From positions 205,431 through 269,430 of the IMG/VR virus record IMGVR_UViG_3300042934_000594: 64,000 nt of DNA; one strand, written 5' to 3'. Below the pieces are notes generated by a model, which was given only the letters and a program-made list of their open reading frames with translations, made no database searches and was not told the DNA's origin. This document shows, one piece after another, positions 27,650-37,347 of the stretch. Both the position numbers and the translations under genes were made by a program. Numbering within the stretch: position 1 is the stretch's first letter; each line of letters begins with the position of its first letter.

Positions 27650-27940
27650 ATGCGAATCTTAATCCTCGGTGGTGGTGCGTCATTGGGCCTGGCTTTGCGC
27701 GATGCTCTCCTGGACACAGCGAGACTCTACAAAGACCTGGCGGTGACATTAGCACCATGCATTGAATGCGATTGGACCTTTGTCGAGGGCGTATCGGACA
27801 CTGGGTTATTGACGACTTATAAGCGAACAGCTAAAGCTCGTTGTGGGCGCCAGTATAAGGCACTGGTTGGCCCCCAGACCCAGGGATCGAGATCCCACAC
27901 TACTGAAGGTCCTGCGTCGACCTCAAAAAACCGTACTTAG
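27650..27940 (+). CDS. hypothetical protein
   Basis: AGGAG RBS; followed by a hairpin at 27952-27974. Confidence 0.5.
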   Translation: MRILILGGGASLGLALRDALLDTARLYKDLAVTLAPCIECDWTFVEGVSDTGLLTTYKRTAKARCGRQYKALVGPQTQGSRSHTTEGPASTSKNRT

Positions 27941-28025
27941 AGTACGGCGTCAGAGCCCTCGATGGAGGGCTCTGTCTATGCCCTCTTGCGGTTAAGGGAT
28001 ACCCTGTTTTATGCCGTCTGGGTCC

Positions 28026-28053
28026 ATTGCAAAGAGTTTAAAACCTATATGAC
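28026..28053 (+). promoter_or_regulatory. early promoter candidate
   Basis: ATTGCAAA-gag-TTTAAAACCTATATGAC. Confidence 0.65.
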
Positions 28054-28107
28054 TCAGGTGTAGAAGTTCTACAATTTGTATCCCATACCAGGTCCTAAGG
28101 AGGACAT

Positions 28108-28614
28108 ATGACTGCTTTGAAACTTCGCCGCCGCGGACACTATTACATCCAGGGTATCGGCTTGATTACGGTTCCTGCATTAATCAGCCGTAACGAGGAA
28201 CAAGCCCGCTGGTACTTAAACAGCCGCTTGGACGTAGAACAACATAGCTATTCAGATTCCGCTCATGGCGGTGCACTGGGTAGCTTGCGAAAGGTGGTGC
28301 GTGAGTATGTAGAACTCATCGATCACCCCATGCAAAAGCTTAGGTTCGTCAGAACCAAAGAATCGGATACCAAGGCCTTCCCTTTACAGATGGCTGGGGT
28401 GTGTTACCGCCGTAGTGGCCGGTACGAATACTTCGTGGTTTCCAACCCGCTCGGCAGCCCTGAACGGGTACCGGTAAACAATGATTGGGATGCCGCCCTG
28501 GCACATGCCAAAGCGTTACGTCAAGACTTTGTCTGGGCGTACATGGACAAGTACCGCTTTGACATGAAAAACCTGTACAAACAACTCGGACTGCGAGGAC
28601 CTCAACATGTTTGA
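28108..28614 (+). CDS. putative AP2-like DNA-binding protein
   Basis: YSDSAHGGALGSL and GVCY...AALAHAKALR resemble two AP2-type strand-helix units; AAGGAGG RBS. Confidence 0.45.
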   Translation: MTALKLRRRGHYYIQGIGLITVPALISRNEEQARWYLNSRLDVEQHSYSDSAHGGALGSLRKVVREYVELIDHPMQKLRFVRTKESDTKAFPLQMAGVCYRRSGRYEYFVVSNPLGSPERVPVNNDWDAALAHAKALRQDFVWAYMDKYRFDMKNLYKQLGLRGPQHV

Positions 28615-29092
28615 CAACCTGAACACCCAGAAGATCGACGCCACCGTCGCCGCTGGTGAAGTGATTGCGGTATTGAAGAAAGAAGACCTGGCCAGCAACA
28701 TCCCAGGGCAGATCGGGGATTGGACCATCCGTGTGGTGACCTCCTCCAACACCGAACTGCGCACCGTGGTGGCGGTACCGTCCAATGGACGTACCCGCAC
28801 GCTGTACAACGCCGGTCGCATACTGTGGCTGCGCAACATGGGCTTTAGTGAGGAAAGAGCCAATCGCTACTTCCACGCCAGTGCCCAGGTCGCTCACCGC
28901 TGGGAAGACGACGTCGCTCGCTTTGTCCTGGACAACTGGGACATGTCGGACGACACCTACGACGCTATCCGGGCCGCCACCAGTCCTCGTCAGCGGGCTG
29001 AGGAACTGGGTGTTACTGTCACCCTGACGCGTCCCCGTTTAAATGCTGCGATGCAAATCCTGGCTAACGTCACTGAACCCACCCACCATTGA
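28607..29092 (+). CDS. hypothetical protein
   Basis: GAGGA RBS; overlaps the previous stop. Confidence 0.7.
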   Translation: MFDNLNTQKIDATVAAGEVIAVLKKEDLASNIPGQIGDWTIRVVTSSNTELRTVVAVPSNGRTRTLYNAGRILWLRNMGFSEERANRYFHASAQVAHRWEDDVARFVLDNWDMSDDTYDAIRAATSPRQRAEELGVTVTLTRPRLNAAMQILANVTEPTHH

Positions 29093-29125
29093 TCCATCCA
29101 CCCCCGTACCGTTAAGGAAAATGTC

Positions 29126-30544
29126 ATGGCCCGTAAGACTCCAGCCGTAGAACCAGTTGAAACTGTGACAACTGGTGCCAGCAAATTGCGTAAGTACCAG
29201 ACCGAATACGAGGAAGCTCAGCGTAACGGCTTTACCGAAGACTACGCCAAGTTCGCCAGTCGCCACACCAGTAAGCTGCGGGCACAAGCCAAAGACCAAC
29301 GCCTGGTCGATGACTTCAATGCGCGCAATCAGCAGCGCGCTCAGCCAGCGAAGAAGGCTCAGCCTAAACCGTTGACGCATTCGGCGCTGAACGCCAAGAT
29401 CATTGACGACCTGAACTTGCTCAAGAGCAATCCTGACCAGGTCTGGACCTATATCCTCAACACGTTCTCAGACGTGGTGGGGTCGGTGAACGGCATGACC
29501 ATCAAGGACATCGTCGACTCACTGCCGGCGGTTGAAGACCCTGCGCTGATGCAACAGCCAACCGATGCACCGATCAAACAGGACTTCACGCCTGAGGAGC
29601 TGGCGAAGTTGGTTGGTGTTTCAGGTTCTGGTCAATTGACCCCAGAACAACTCAAAGAAGCCGTACACCTGGCGTTCCAGGAAATCGCGGCTCGGCGTCG
29701 GGATCGGGTGCGCACCCGCAAGGAAGAGGCGGCAGCACAAGAAAACCTTAACCGCGAGAAGGCTGAGGAGGAGCGCTTTCAAGCGCGCCACAAACGTCAT
29801 CCGCTGGTCGAAGGGTTGGAGGTGGCCTTCCTTCAGAACTACACCCCAAGCCTTCAGGACCCGACTTACGGTTTTGTTCTGCGTACCTTCAAACGCAATG
29901 CTCAGCAATACCCACTGTACTACCGCCTGTACGACACACGCAACATGACACGGGGGTACAGGAGTCGGCACGAGGAAGAATTGATTGGACGGGGCGCTGA
30001 AGCACGGGGTCGTAACCCGCTGTACAACGCCGGTTTACCGACTGGGCGTGACGAGAGCTTTATCGCTCAGCAGGTGCAAGCGTTGGCGCAGTCACTCTTC
30101 GGTGACGACGATTGGGTGTTCCGTGGGATCCAGGTCCACGAGACATTCGAAATGCCAGACGTCCATACCCGGCAACTCTTCCCACTGCATGACTTTGGTC
30201 GGTTCACTGGCCAAATCATCATCGACAAGTACACCCGCCTTAACGTCGGTGCCTCAGCCGAGTCCAGCGGTTACTACCCCGTAGGTGGTTTCAGCATCGT
30301 CCTGCCATTCGACGGCAAGATGCGGCACTACCGCATTCAGGCAACACTGGAGTCGGTGCTCCCCGCTGACGTCCCGCTGGGTGAAGGTGACGCACGTTAC
30401 GTGGCTAAGCGCCTTGCTGAACTGTTGGCGGCAACCGATTCCAGTCTGATCGGTGTGGCCCACGTTCTCTACCAAGCTTCACCCACCGGCAACGAAGAAC
30501 GCGGGATGGTCACTCCCGCCATTGACATCGACATTACCGTCTAA
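29126..30544 (+). CDS. hypothetical protein (472 aa, coiled N-terminal half)
   Basis: Long ORF with AAGGA RBS. Confidence 0.8.
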   Translation: MARKTPAVEPVETVTTGASKLRKYQTEYEEAQRNGFTEDYAKFASRHTSKLRAQAKDQRLVDDFNARNQQRAQPAKKAQPKPLTHSALNAKIIDDLNLLKSNPDQVWTYILNTFSDVVGSVNGMTIKDIVDSLPAVEDPALMQQPTDAPIKQDFTPEELAKLVGVSGSGQLTPEQLKEAVHLAFQEIAARRRDRVRTRKEEAAAQENLNREKAEEERFQARHKRHPLVEGLEVAFLQNYTPSLQDPTYGFVLRTFKRNAQQYPLYYRLYDTRNMTRGYRSRHEEELIGRGAEARGRNPLYNAGLPTGRDESFIAQQVQALAQSLFGDDDWVFRGIQVHETFEMPDVHTRQLFPLHDFGRFTGQIIIDKYTRLNVGASAESSGYYPVGGFSIVLPFDGKMRHYRIQATLESVLPADVPLGEGDARYVAKRLAELLAATDSSLIGVAHVLYQASPTGNEERGMVTPAIDIDITV

Positions 30545-30613
30545 CCCCAACCGGGGGTAAGCAGCGGATGCTTGCCCCCTTCCTATCTATATAGGTCAAA
30601 CAGGAAGAACACC

Positions 30614-31075
30614 ATGGCCGTACATAACCACTCCCTGGACCCAGGATCGCATCCACCTCGGATCGACCCGAAACATCAGGTGTTGCTTCACCGTGTGAAG
30701 ACGTATGAAGACATGCGCGCCGGTTTTGCAGCAGCGATGCAGCAGTTTGCAACTAACACTGCGCCCGTGACACTGTGTATGAACGACCCCATTCAAGCGC
30801 TGATGATTTTCGCTTTAAGTGGCGATAAGACGCGCTACGCGTTCAAACACTGGGCTGTACATCTGCACAAAGTGACGAAAGGTAAAGTTTCGTTCGTGGG
30901 AGCGCGGGAGTTACTCGCCCAATCGATCGGCTACGACTGTTACCTCTCCGCTAAGCAGAGTGAGGTGGACTACACCTACAGCAACGCCCGTGGACCGAGC
31001 TGCCTGAATGAGCGGTTCTTCCTGAGCGAGGCTGCGCGAAACTGGTTCGCTCGTACTGATGTAAAGATCCATTAA
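30614..31075 (+). CDS. hypothetical protein
   Basis: AGGA before ATG30614. Confidence 0.65.
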   Translation: MAVHNHSLDPGSHPPRIDPKHQVLLHRVKTYEDMRAGFAAAMQQFATNTAPVTLCMNDPIQALMIFALSGDKTRYAFKHWAVHLHKVTKGKVSFVGARELLAQSIGYDCYLSAKQSEVDYTYSNARGPSCLNERFFLSEAARNWFARTDVKIH

Positions 31076-31132
31076 AATGTCATAGGGGGCACTGTTGCCC
31101 TTTATGCCGTCACCTCACATTCTGGAATCACC

Positions 31133-31495
31133 ATGACTCACACCGAAGAGAAGTCACCCCGTTGGGCACGCATCCCTCTGCGCAACCTGCGACTGGGCGA
31201 CACGTTCACCGATCGACAAGCCGGTCAGGAGTTCACCGTGGTCAGCGAACGTTGCACCACGCCAGACATCGTGGTCGAGAACGGTAAGCTGCGTGCTGGG
31301 GACCGCCTGATCTGCGACGTCTTGATTCTGTCGTATGACCTGGACAACCATCAGAGCCGTGCAGAGCTCAGCCTGCTGACCCGTGAGCTGACGGTTTTCA
31401 ACCACGACGGCAGTTCCACCCAACAACCTTATCCAGAAACGGCTCTGACGCGTTTTGCGAGCACCGAGTGGCTTAAGCTCTGGGATGTTACTTGA
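31133..31495 (+). CDS. hypothetical protein
   Basis: ORF followed by a hairpin at 31513-31534 and a T tract. Confidence 0.65.
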   Translation: MTHTEEKSPRWARIPLRNLRLGDTFTDRQAGQEFTVVSERCTTPDIVVENGKLRAGDRLICDVLILSYDLDNHQSRAELSLLTRELTVFNHDGSSTQQPYPETALTRFASTEWLKLWDVT

Positions 31496-31603
31496 TTGAA
31501 CGAAGTCGGCGTAGAGGGGCTTATAGGCCCCTCTGTGACCGCCTTTTTCTTTTTGTTCGAATAGTATGTACGCTACACCTTTTCTAAGTTTGAGGAACTC
31601 TGT

Positions 31604-32038
31604 ATGAGCAACTTGTGGATCGATTGCGAATTTAACTCAGGGGGTGGTGACCTGATCTCGTTGGCACTGGTCAATGAGGACGGCAGTCGGGAGTTTTACG
31701 AGGTCGTTGAATGCAAACAACCCATCGATCCATGGGTCGCTGAACACGTGATGCCTTTCCTGGAGAAGGAGGCGTTGAGTCACGATGAGTTCCAGGCGCG
31801 GTTGCAAAAGTTCCTCAAACAGTTTCCTGGCATTAGCGTCTATGCCAACCATCCGGCTGACTTTAAGTACTTCATGCAGGCCGTCGAGTTCACCCAGGGT
31901 AAGTGGATGATGATCCAGCCCTTGACGATGATCCTGGATGATGACATCTCCGGTAAAGGCTCCAAGGTCCCCCACAATGCTTTGCACGACGCCCGCGCCA
32001 GTCGTGATAGCTGGATGAAGAATAACGGCTACTTATAG
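31604..32038 (+). CDS. DEDDh 3'-5' exo(ribo)nuclease (RNase AS-like)
   Basis: IDCEF, LISLALV, DPWVAEHVMP, HNALHDA. Confidence 0.8.
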   Translation: MSNLWIDCEFNSGGGDLISLALVNEDGSREFYEVVECKQPIDPWVAEHVMPFLEKEALSHDEFQARLQKFLKQFPGISVYANHPADFKYFMQAVEFTQGKWMMIQPLTMILDDDISGKGSKVPHNALHDARASRDSWMKNNGYL

Positions 32039-32057
32039 CCATCCAGGATTTACCATC

Positions 32058-32762
32058 ATGCACCATCCCCGAAAAGAACATGCCTTAGAGGTGATTCTCC
32101 GACGCCCTCTACGAAAGAGTCGCGCGGAAACCATTTTGCGGATGCTCATGGCATCCAGCTACCCGCACGCTACCCTGGCAAACCTAACCCTTGAACTGAG
32201 CCGCATGGGCGGTGTCGAGAAGGGTGAGCTGGAGCGTGTGTCTGAAGAGCTGCGCGACATGGAGCGCAGTTTTGACATGATGGACTTTATCCGCTGTGTG
32301 GAAATCAAGCGCAACCAAGAACGGGTCACCGTGGTGGTCAAGCGTCTGAAGATCACGCCGTCGATGCAGACCATCAAAGACACGCAGTTGCACCATGAGC
32401 CGTTAACGTCTTCAAACATTGATGTCGGGGAAGGCTTGGTGTTGGCCGATACCGAAGCGATGGCGAAGACGCTGTTGGATGCGTTTCACCGGACTCAGGT
32501 CAAGCAGCCCGCCGTGGGCCGTGCGATCGAACAGTCGCTGTGGGTGCAGCGCCGCAAAGACCCAGATTCCAGCGCAGTGTCACCCGAAGGGGCCTGTAAC
32601 AAGTTTATTGACCTGAAGATTGATTTCTCCCAGGCCGGTACCTTGATTAAAGCGTCTTTGGACAAGGACAAGTTTCACCTGATCCTGACCCAAGATACGA
32701 TTCTCCTGTTGGATCAAGAGACGCGTCTGTGGTTGGTCGAAGCCGAAGCACCTGCGCCGTAA
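32058..32762 (+). CDS. hypothetical protein
   Basis: 234-aa ORF with AGGA RBS. Confidence 0.7.
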   Translation: MHHPRKEHALEVILRRPLRKSRAETILRMLMASSYPHATLANLTLELSRMGGVEKGELERVSEELRDMERSFDMMDFIRCVEIKRNQERVTVVVKRLKITPSMQTIKDTQLHHEPLTSSNIDVGEGLVLADTEAMAKTLLDAFHRTQVKQPAVGRAIEQSLWVQRRKDPDSSAVSPEGACNKFIDLKIDFSQAGTLIKASLDKDKFHLILTQDTILLLDQETRLWLVEAEAPAP

Positions 32763-32764
32763 CG

Positions 32765-32797
32765 GCATAGACGCCTCCCACTGGGGAGGCGCTTATG
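32765..32797. terminator. bidirectional hairpin between convergent genes
   Basis: CGCCTCCC-ACTG-GGGAGGCG flanked by GCATA and TTATG. Confidence 0.8.
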
Positions 32798-32802
32798 TTG
32801 TC

Positions 32803-34578
32803 TCAGTGCTTCACCAGGTTACCGGCTTGGCCAACGTGGTAAAACCCCTTGCCGTTGGTGCTGCTGATCCAACGCCCGTACTCCAAGAAGTTCAGGAAAT
32901 TGGCCCCCTCCATTCGCACCGCCGTGTTGCCGGAGGGGTAGTACCAGACCTGATCCGGTAACACCAAGGCTGCACGCTTGCGGTCTGGGTTACTGGCAGC
33001 ATTAAGCTCTGCCACCGAATCGTACACCGGCAAACTCACCAGGCTCAACACCCCCATCACTGACTGCACGATGGGCCCGTCCTTGTGCACCGCCACTGGC
33101 AATTGCTGAGGGTGGTTAGCATTGTCACTGAAGTAAGCCTGGGCGTAAGCCTGCACTTTGGCGTACGCTTGTTGCCAGGTCAGGCTTGCGTATTCGTCAC
33201 GGGCAAACTGACGGATCACGTAAGCATGGTTCAGCACACCCTTGACCTTGTTGGCGTTGTCCACCGTGAACTTGATGCCGTAGTTGTACGGCGTAGTAAA
33301 CCGGTGTTCAATGACGTCTCCGTGGCGCAATTCAAAGCCGCGCACGCTGCCGGTCAACCAAGTGTACGTGGTTTGCACCCCGTTAAATTGGAAGTTACCC
33401 AGCAAGATCCCATTGCGGTACACCCCACCCATAAAGGTCGGGGGTTGAGCGATGGTGGTTTTAAGGGACCCATCCCACGCCCGTTTGAACGTGGTGTGTT
33501 TGTCCCCCAGCTGCTGCCCCGTCGCATTGAGGTGGAACAGAAACTCCCCCTTAATGATGGTGTACTTGTACTTCCCTGTCACCAGCGTACCGTCTTTCAT
33601 GACCACCAGGAAGTTGATCTGGTTCTCCCCCTCGGTGGCCAAAGGGATCGCCGGGATGTTACCTGGGGTGTAGGTCGGGTATTCAGTGACCACCACTTTG
33701 GATTCAGACGGGCCGGCGTAGATGTCCTCACTGTCCAACATGCCGTTGTACAGAGGATGGTCCCCGTACGTACGGCGCAGGAAACCTACGTTGACCGGCG
33801 AGCGGTCAAAGTTACCCGTGAAGAACGAACCGAAATTCACCATGACCCGGTTAGCGGTGGCGTAGAAGCCGGCACCGGCTGGGGTGGTGACCTGTTTGAT
33901 GTCGGTCTGCACATTTGTGCCGTGGTCCGTGATGAAGATCAGGCCGTTACCCTGTTCCCGGTACGTCACCAAATCTGTGATCGCCGCTGGAGTGATCAAC
34001 TCAGGGTTGTTGGGGGCGTAGGCGGTGGAGTACATCACCACACAGCAGTAAGCATCCAATTCACTGAACGTACAGCCCAGGACGCCGCCTGGGTAATCGG
34101 TCAGGTCCTTGTACACGCCGGTGAAACCCATCAGCGCTAACAGCCCCTGCATAGAGGTGTTAAACCCATCAGCCCCGGTAGACTTCACCGCGTAGCTTGC
34201 GGTGATCGGGTTGTCTCCCAGAAACAGCACTTTCTTATTGCCAGCCGCGACCTTGGCTGCGTTGGCACAAAAGTGAATGGCGTTCCACAGGTACTTGTAA
34301 CCCCCGGGGAGCTGGCTGAAGCTGGTGAAGTTCGTCCACGTGGAGTTATAGAACTTAGGGAAGCCGCCGTCGTACACCACATTACCCTTACCGTCCTGGG
34401 TCACGGCGATGAAAGGGTTGGGGGGTGTTAAGGTGTCGTAGGCGATGTACTCCGACAGTGCCGGAGGAATGTCATTGACACTGTAGGCCACCCGTTCGAC
34501 CTGGGGGTCGAACGTCCAGGTGGTGTCCGCGCGATCAGGGTAGAACTGTGGCGCAAGACCCGGGTTGATGATGGACAT
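32803..34578 (-). CDS. virion structural / tail-fibre-associated protein
   Basis: GNVVYDGGFPKFYN motif recalled from phage virion proteins; beta-rich; minus-strand operon. Confidence 0.55.
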   Translation of the reverse strand: MSIINPGLAPQFYPDRADTTWTFDPQVERVAYSVNDIPPALSEYIAYDTLTPPNPFIAVTQDGKGNVVYDGGFPKFYNSTWTNFTSFSQLPGGYKYLWNAIHFCANAAKVAAGNKKVLFLGDNPITASYAVKSTGADGFNTSMQGLLALMGFTGVYKDLTDYPGGVLGCTFSELDAYCCVVMYSTAYAPNNPELITPAAITDLVTYREQGNGLIFITDHGTNVQTDIKQVTTPAGAGFYATANRVMVNFGSFFTGNFDRSPVNVGFLRRTYGDHPLYNGMLDSEDIYAGPSESKVVVTEYPTYTPGNIPAIPLATEGENQINFLVVMKDGTLVTGKYKYTIIKGEFLFHLNATGQQLGDKHTTFKRAWDGSLKTTIAQPPTFMGGVYRNGILLGNFQFNGVQTTYTWLTGSVRGFELRHGDVIEHRFTTPYNYGIKFTVDNANKVKGVLNHAYVIRQFARDEYASLTWQQAYAKVQAYAQAYFSDNANHPQQLPVAVHKDGPIVQSVMGVLSLVSLPVYDSVAELNAASNPDRKRAALVLPDQVWYYPSGNTAVRMEGANFLNFLEYGRWISSTNGKGFYHVGQAGNLVKH

Positions 34579-34586
34579 GGTTCACC

Positions 34587-34940
34587 TTACGCGGCTTTGA
34601 GTTTGGTCGGTGCGTCACAGCGCACAAACACGGTCAGCGGAGCGCTGTGATAATTCTGCACGATAACGGACCCGTCATCCTTCAACCCCACCGTGATCAA
34701 CATCTCAGAGTTGATAAAGTACCCATTGGTGGGAGACGTCGTATCAGTGTCCAGCACCGTGGCCACGATGCGTGCAGACAAGGGATCGAACTTGGCCAAG
34801 TCTACCCCCAGGGTGGCCAGGTTGTACGTCTTGGTGGCGCCTGAGGGCAGCGTGATCTTTTCGCTGATCACCGGCTTGACGCGGGCTTTGATGGCAGAGA
34901 AATAGTTGGCCACCGCTGTAAGTAAACGAGATTGCGACAT
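34587..34940 (-). CDS. small virion/tail-associated protein
   Basis: Beta-rich 117 aa, same operon. Confidence 0.55.
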   Translation of the reverse strand: MSQSRLLTAVANYFSAIKARVKPVISEKITLPSGATKTYNLATLGVDLAKFDPLSARIVATVLDTDTTSPTNGYFINSEMLITVGLKDDGSVIVQNYHSAPLTVFVRCDAPTKLKAA

Positions 34941-34960
34941 GTGGAGTACTCTTAAAGGGA

Positions 34961-37081
34961 TTACCAGTTACTCAGGTATGCCGGTACGGACACACGAGGT
35001 GCACACACCACCTGAGGCATGAAGTCTTCTTGACTGATCATGATGTCAGTGCCGTCAAACAGCGCCTGAACGTGTCGGTGCATCAGACGGTTCTCATCCA
35101 GCTCCTGCTCGTCATCGAACGCTTCCACCGCCACCCCTTCAGCAAAGGGTGACTTGATCCCCATGATGGCTTCCACCATTTCCTGCGACCAGGCCAGGAT
35201 GTCCGCTGAACGGGTCGAGATGTTCGGCCGGTCACCGGTGTCCAAGCGTACCTTCCACACCACGGTCTGGGTAGTCGCCCCGATCCGGTGGATACGGGAA
35301 ATGGCCTGCTCATTGATGTATGCCCGGAAGGGATCGTTGAGCATGATCATGTTGTCCGCCATCACCAGCGGTACCGCGGTGGACAGTGAGTTGAAGGTGG
35401 CAAGCAGCGGGTTGATGTGCACGTCCGATTCAAACCGAGCCACGGTGTTGGCCAACTCGTTGTTGGTCTTACCGTAGACCGTCAGTGGATTGAGTCCCAC
35501 TGTGGAACAGTGCCGGTCCATCGCTTCCAGCGCTTCTACAAAGCTGGTGAACACCACCGTCTTCTTGGTGGTCGAGTCGCAGACCCCCACAAAGTCAACA
35601 TGAGGTACCATCGCTACGTGGCATTCAATCCGAGCCCGCCCCAGGACACGCCCTAAGCACTCGCCCTGGATCTTAAGCGACACGTACTTGATGATGGTCT
35701 TGGTCTCCTTAAACCGTTCCACCATCTCCCGGGGGAGTGTGGGTTGGAAGACCTTCTTCTCGTACACGTTGCAAAAGCGGATCTCTTCCCCGATGTACCG
35801 AGGGTCCGCAGTACGGACCACGATGTTCAGCACCCGCAAGTATTCACTGAACCCTTTACGGGCTGCTGTGCTTTTGAGGCTGGCTTCGTGAACACTCAAA
35901 CACTGTTTCCAGAAAGCTTCGTCCTCCTTACGGCATCCCTCGTAGTAACGGGACCGCTCCAGGATGAACTTTTGCATCAATCCCTTGATGGACTCCAAGG
36001 TGAAGGCGTCCCCATTGGGGATGGTCACCGGCAGGATCTTCATGATCGGATCAGCCAGCTTGAGCTCGGACTTCTCGACCTTGTAGGAGATCAACCCCAT
36101 GCGGTGCTTGAGAATGTCCAAGCCTTTATTCGCACTGGAGCCGTAGATCTTCTTGAAGCGCATCTCAGCATCAGCATTAAAGCGGGGATCAATGCTGCGT
36201 AGCATCGGGATGCATTCCGAACCCAAGGCTTTGATCGGTGTGCCCGAGGCCCACAGGGTGTCCTGCGAGTCCACCATCCGGTCAACCTCCAGGAAGTTCT
36301 GGGTGCGCTGACTGGTCAGTTCATTGAGGAAATGGGATTCGTCGAGAATCACCATCACCGACTTGCCTTCCTTGCGCAGCATCTCCGCAATGTGCTGGAT
36401 CTTGCCGAGGGATTCAAAGTGCACGATCAAGTACTTCTCACCGCGGTACTCGTGTCCTTGGGCCTCGATCCAGTAGGTCGGGGTTTCCTTGAACAGCTTG
36501 AGCATGCCGTCCTTTTCCCAGACCCGCTCGGTGGCGTTCAAGGGACAGGCCACCAGCACGTGATCCACGTCCAGGCACTCTGCCACCGCACAGCAGGTAA
36601 AGGTCTTACCCGAACCTGCCGCAGCAGCCAGTAGATAACCGCGCAGCCCGTAGGCGGTCACCAGGGTGCTGTAGGTCTCCAGGAAGCGCTGTTGGAACGG
36701 CAGCGGTGTGTACTTAAGCCGTGACAGGTTCTTAAGGTTCAGCCGCTCTGGAGCGTCTGCATCGGGCTTGGTGTTCTTAAGCCAGGTGTGCTCTTCCAGC
36801 GCATCACGCAGGTTGGTCAATACCCGCGTGGAAGTGAACCGTGATCGCTTGGTGGACACCAGGGTGTCCAGGATGTAGACGATCTCTGGGGCAAAGAAGG
36901 GGTTGAAGCTGAAACTGTTCTTACCGAAGTCTGAGAACATCCACTCATTGACTTTGGATGTCTTCCAAATGCGCAGGATGTCGCGCTGCATGATGTCACC
37001 GGGAATACCGCTGACTTCGATCAGGCGGTCAGTCGCGGTAACCTTGATTGTTCCTATTAGCCGCCGAAAGCCACCTAACAT
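34961..37081 (-). CDS. SNF2/SF2 helicase (virion-associated in phiKZ-like phages)
   Basis: AAGSGKT, ILDESH, ASGTP, QAISRIHRIG; GAGGTG before ATG37081. Confidence 0.9.
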   Translation of the reverse strand: MLGGFRRLIGTIKVTATDRLIEVSGIPGDIMQRDILRIWKTSKVNEWMFSDFGKNSFSFNPFFAPEIVYILDTLVSTKRSRFTSTRVLTNLRDALEEHTWLKNTKPDADAPERLNLKNLSRLKYTPLPFQQRFLETYSTLVTAYGLRGYLLAAAAGSGKTFTCCAVAECLDVDHVLVACPLNATERVWEKDGMLKLFKETPTYWIEAQGHEYRGEKYLIVHFESLGKIQHIAEMLRKEGKSVMVILDESHFLNELTSQRTQNFLEVDRMVDSQDTLWASGTPIKALGSECIPMLRSIDPRFNADAEMRFKKIYGSSANKGLDILKHRMGLISYKVEKSELKLADPIMKILPVTIPNGDAFTLESIKGLMQKFILERSRYYEGCRKEDEAFWKQCLSVHEASLKSTAARKGFSEYLRVLNIVVRTADPRYIGEEIRFCNVYEKKVFQPTLPREMVERFKETKTIIKYVSLKIQGECLGRVLGRARIECHVAMVPHVDFVGVCDSTTKKTVVFTSFVEALEAMDRHCSTVGLNPLTVYGKTNNELANTVARFESDVHINPLLATFNSLSTAVPLVMADNMIMLNDPFRAYINEQAISRIHRIGATTQTVVWKVRLDTGDRPNISTRSADILAWSQEMVEAIMGIKSPFAEGVAVEAFDDEQELDENRLMHRHVQALFDGTDIMISQEDFMPQVVCAPRVSVPAYLSNW

Positions 37082-37124
37082 GTTACACCTCAAAATGCTA
37101 AAGAAATCGGACCTATAGGATCTG

Positions 37125-37152
37125 ATTGTAAAGGCTTTAGAGTTTATATCAT
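37125..37152 (+). promoter_or_regulatory. early promoter candidate
   Basis: ATTGTAAA-ggc-TTTAGAGTTTATATCAT. Confidence 0.65.
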
Positions 37153-37347
37153 GCTTAGGAGGAAACTACTGAGGGACTTTTACTGACTCGATTAGTAGTA
37201 TGTTCTTTCACCCCGAATCCCCTGAGTAGTGAGCTCGTTTTGACTCTGTCAAACTTGCACATTAAAGGGGGGTTTGGGGGGTTTCTTAAACCAGCGAGAG
37301 GTGAGTGTAACGAACCTCTCTACGTATATACCCGAAGGGGAATACAC

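Noticed and set aside
27650-27700. Rossmann enzyme from MRILILGGGASLG
   Set aside because: The ORF is only 96 aa with no further fold motifs
27301-27717. ORFs 27301-27615, 27431-27622 and 27397-27717(-)
   Set aside because: No clear RBS, atypical composition, mutually overlapping, and they coincide with dense base-pairing
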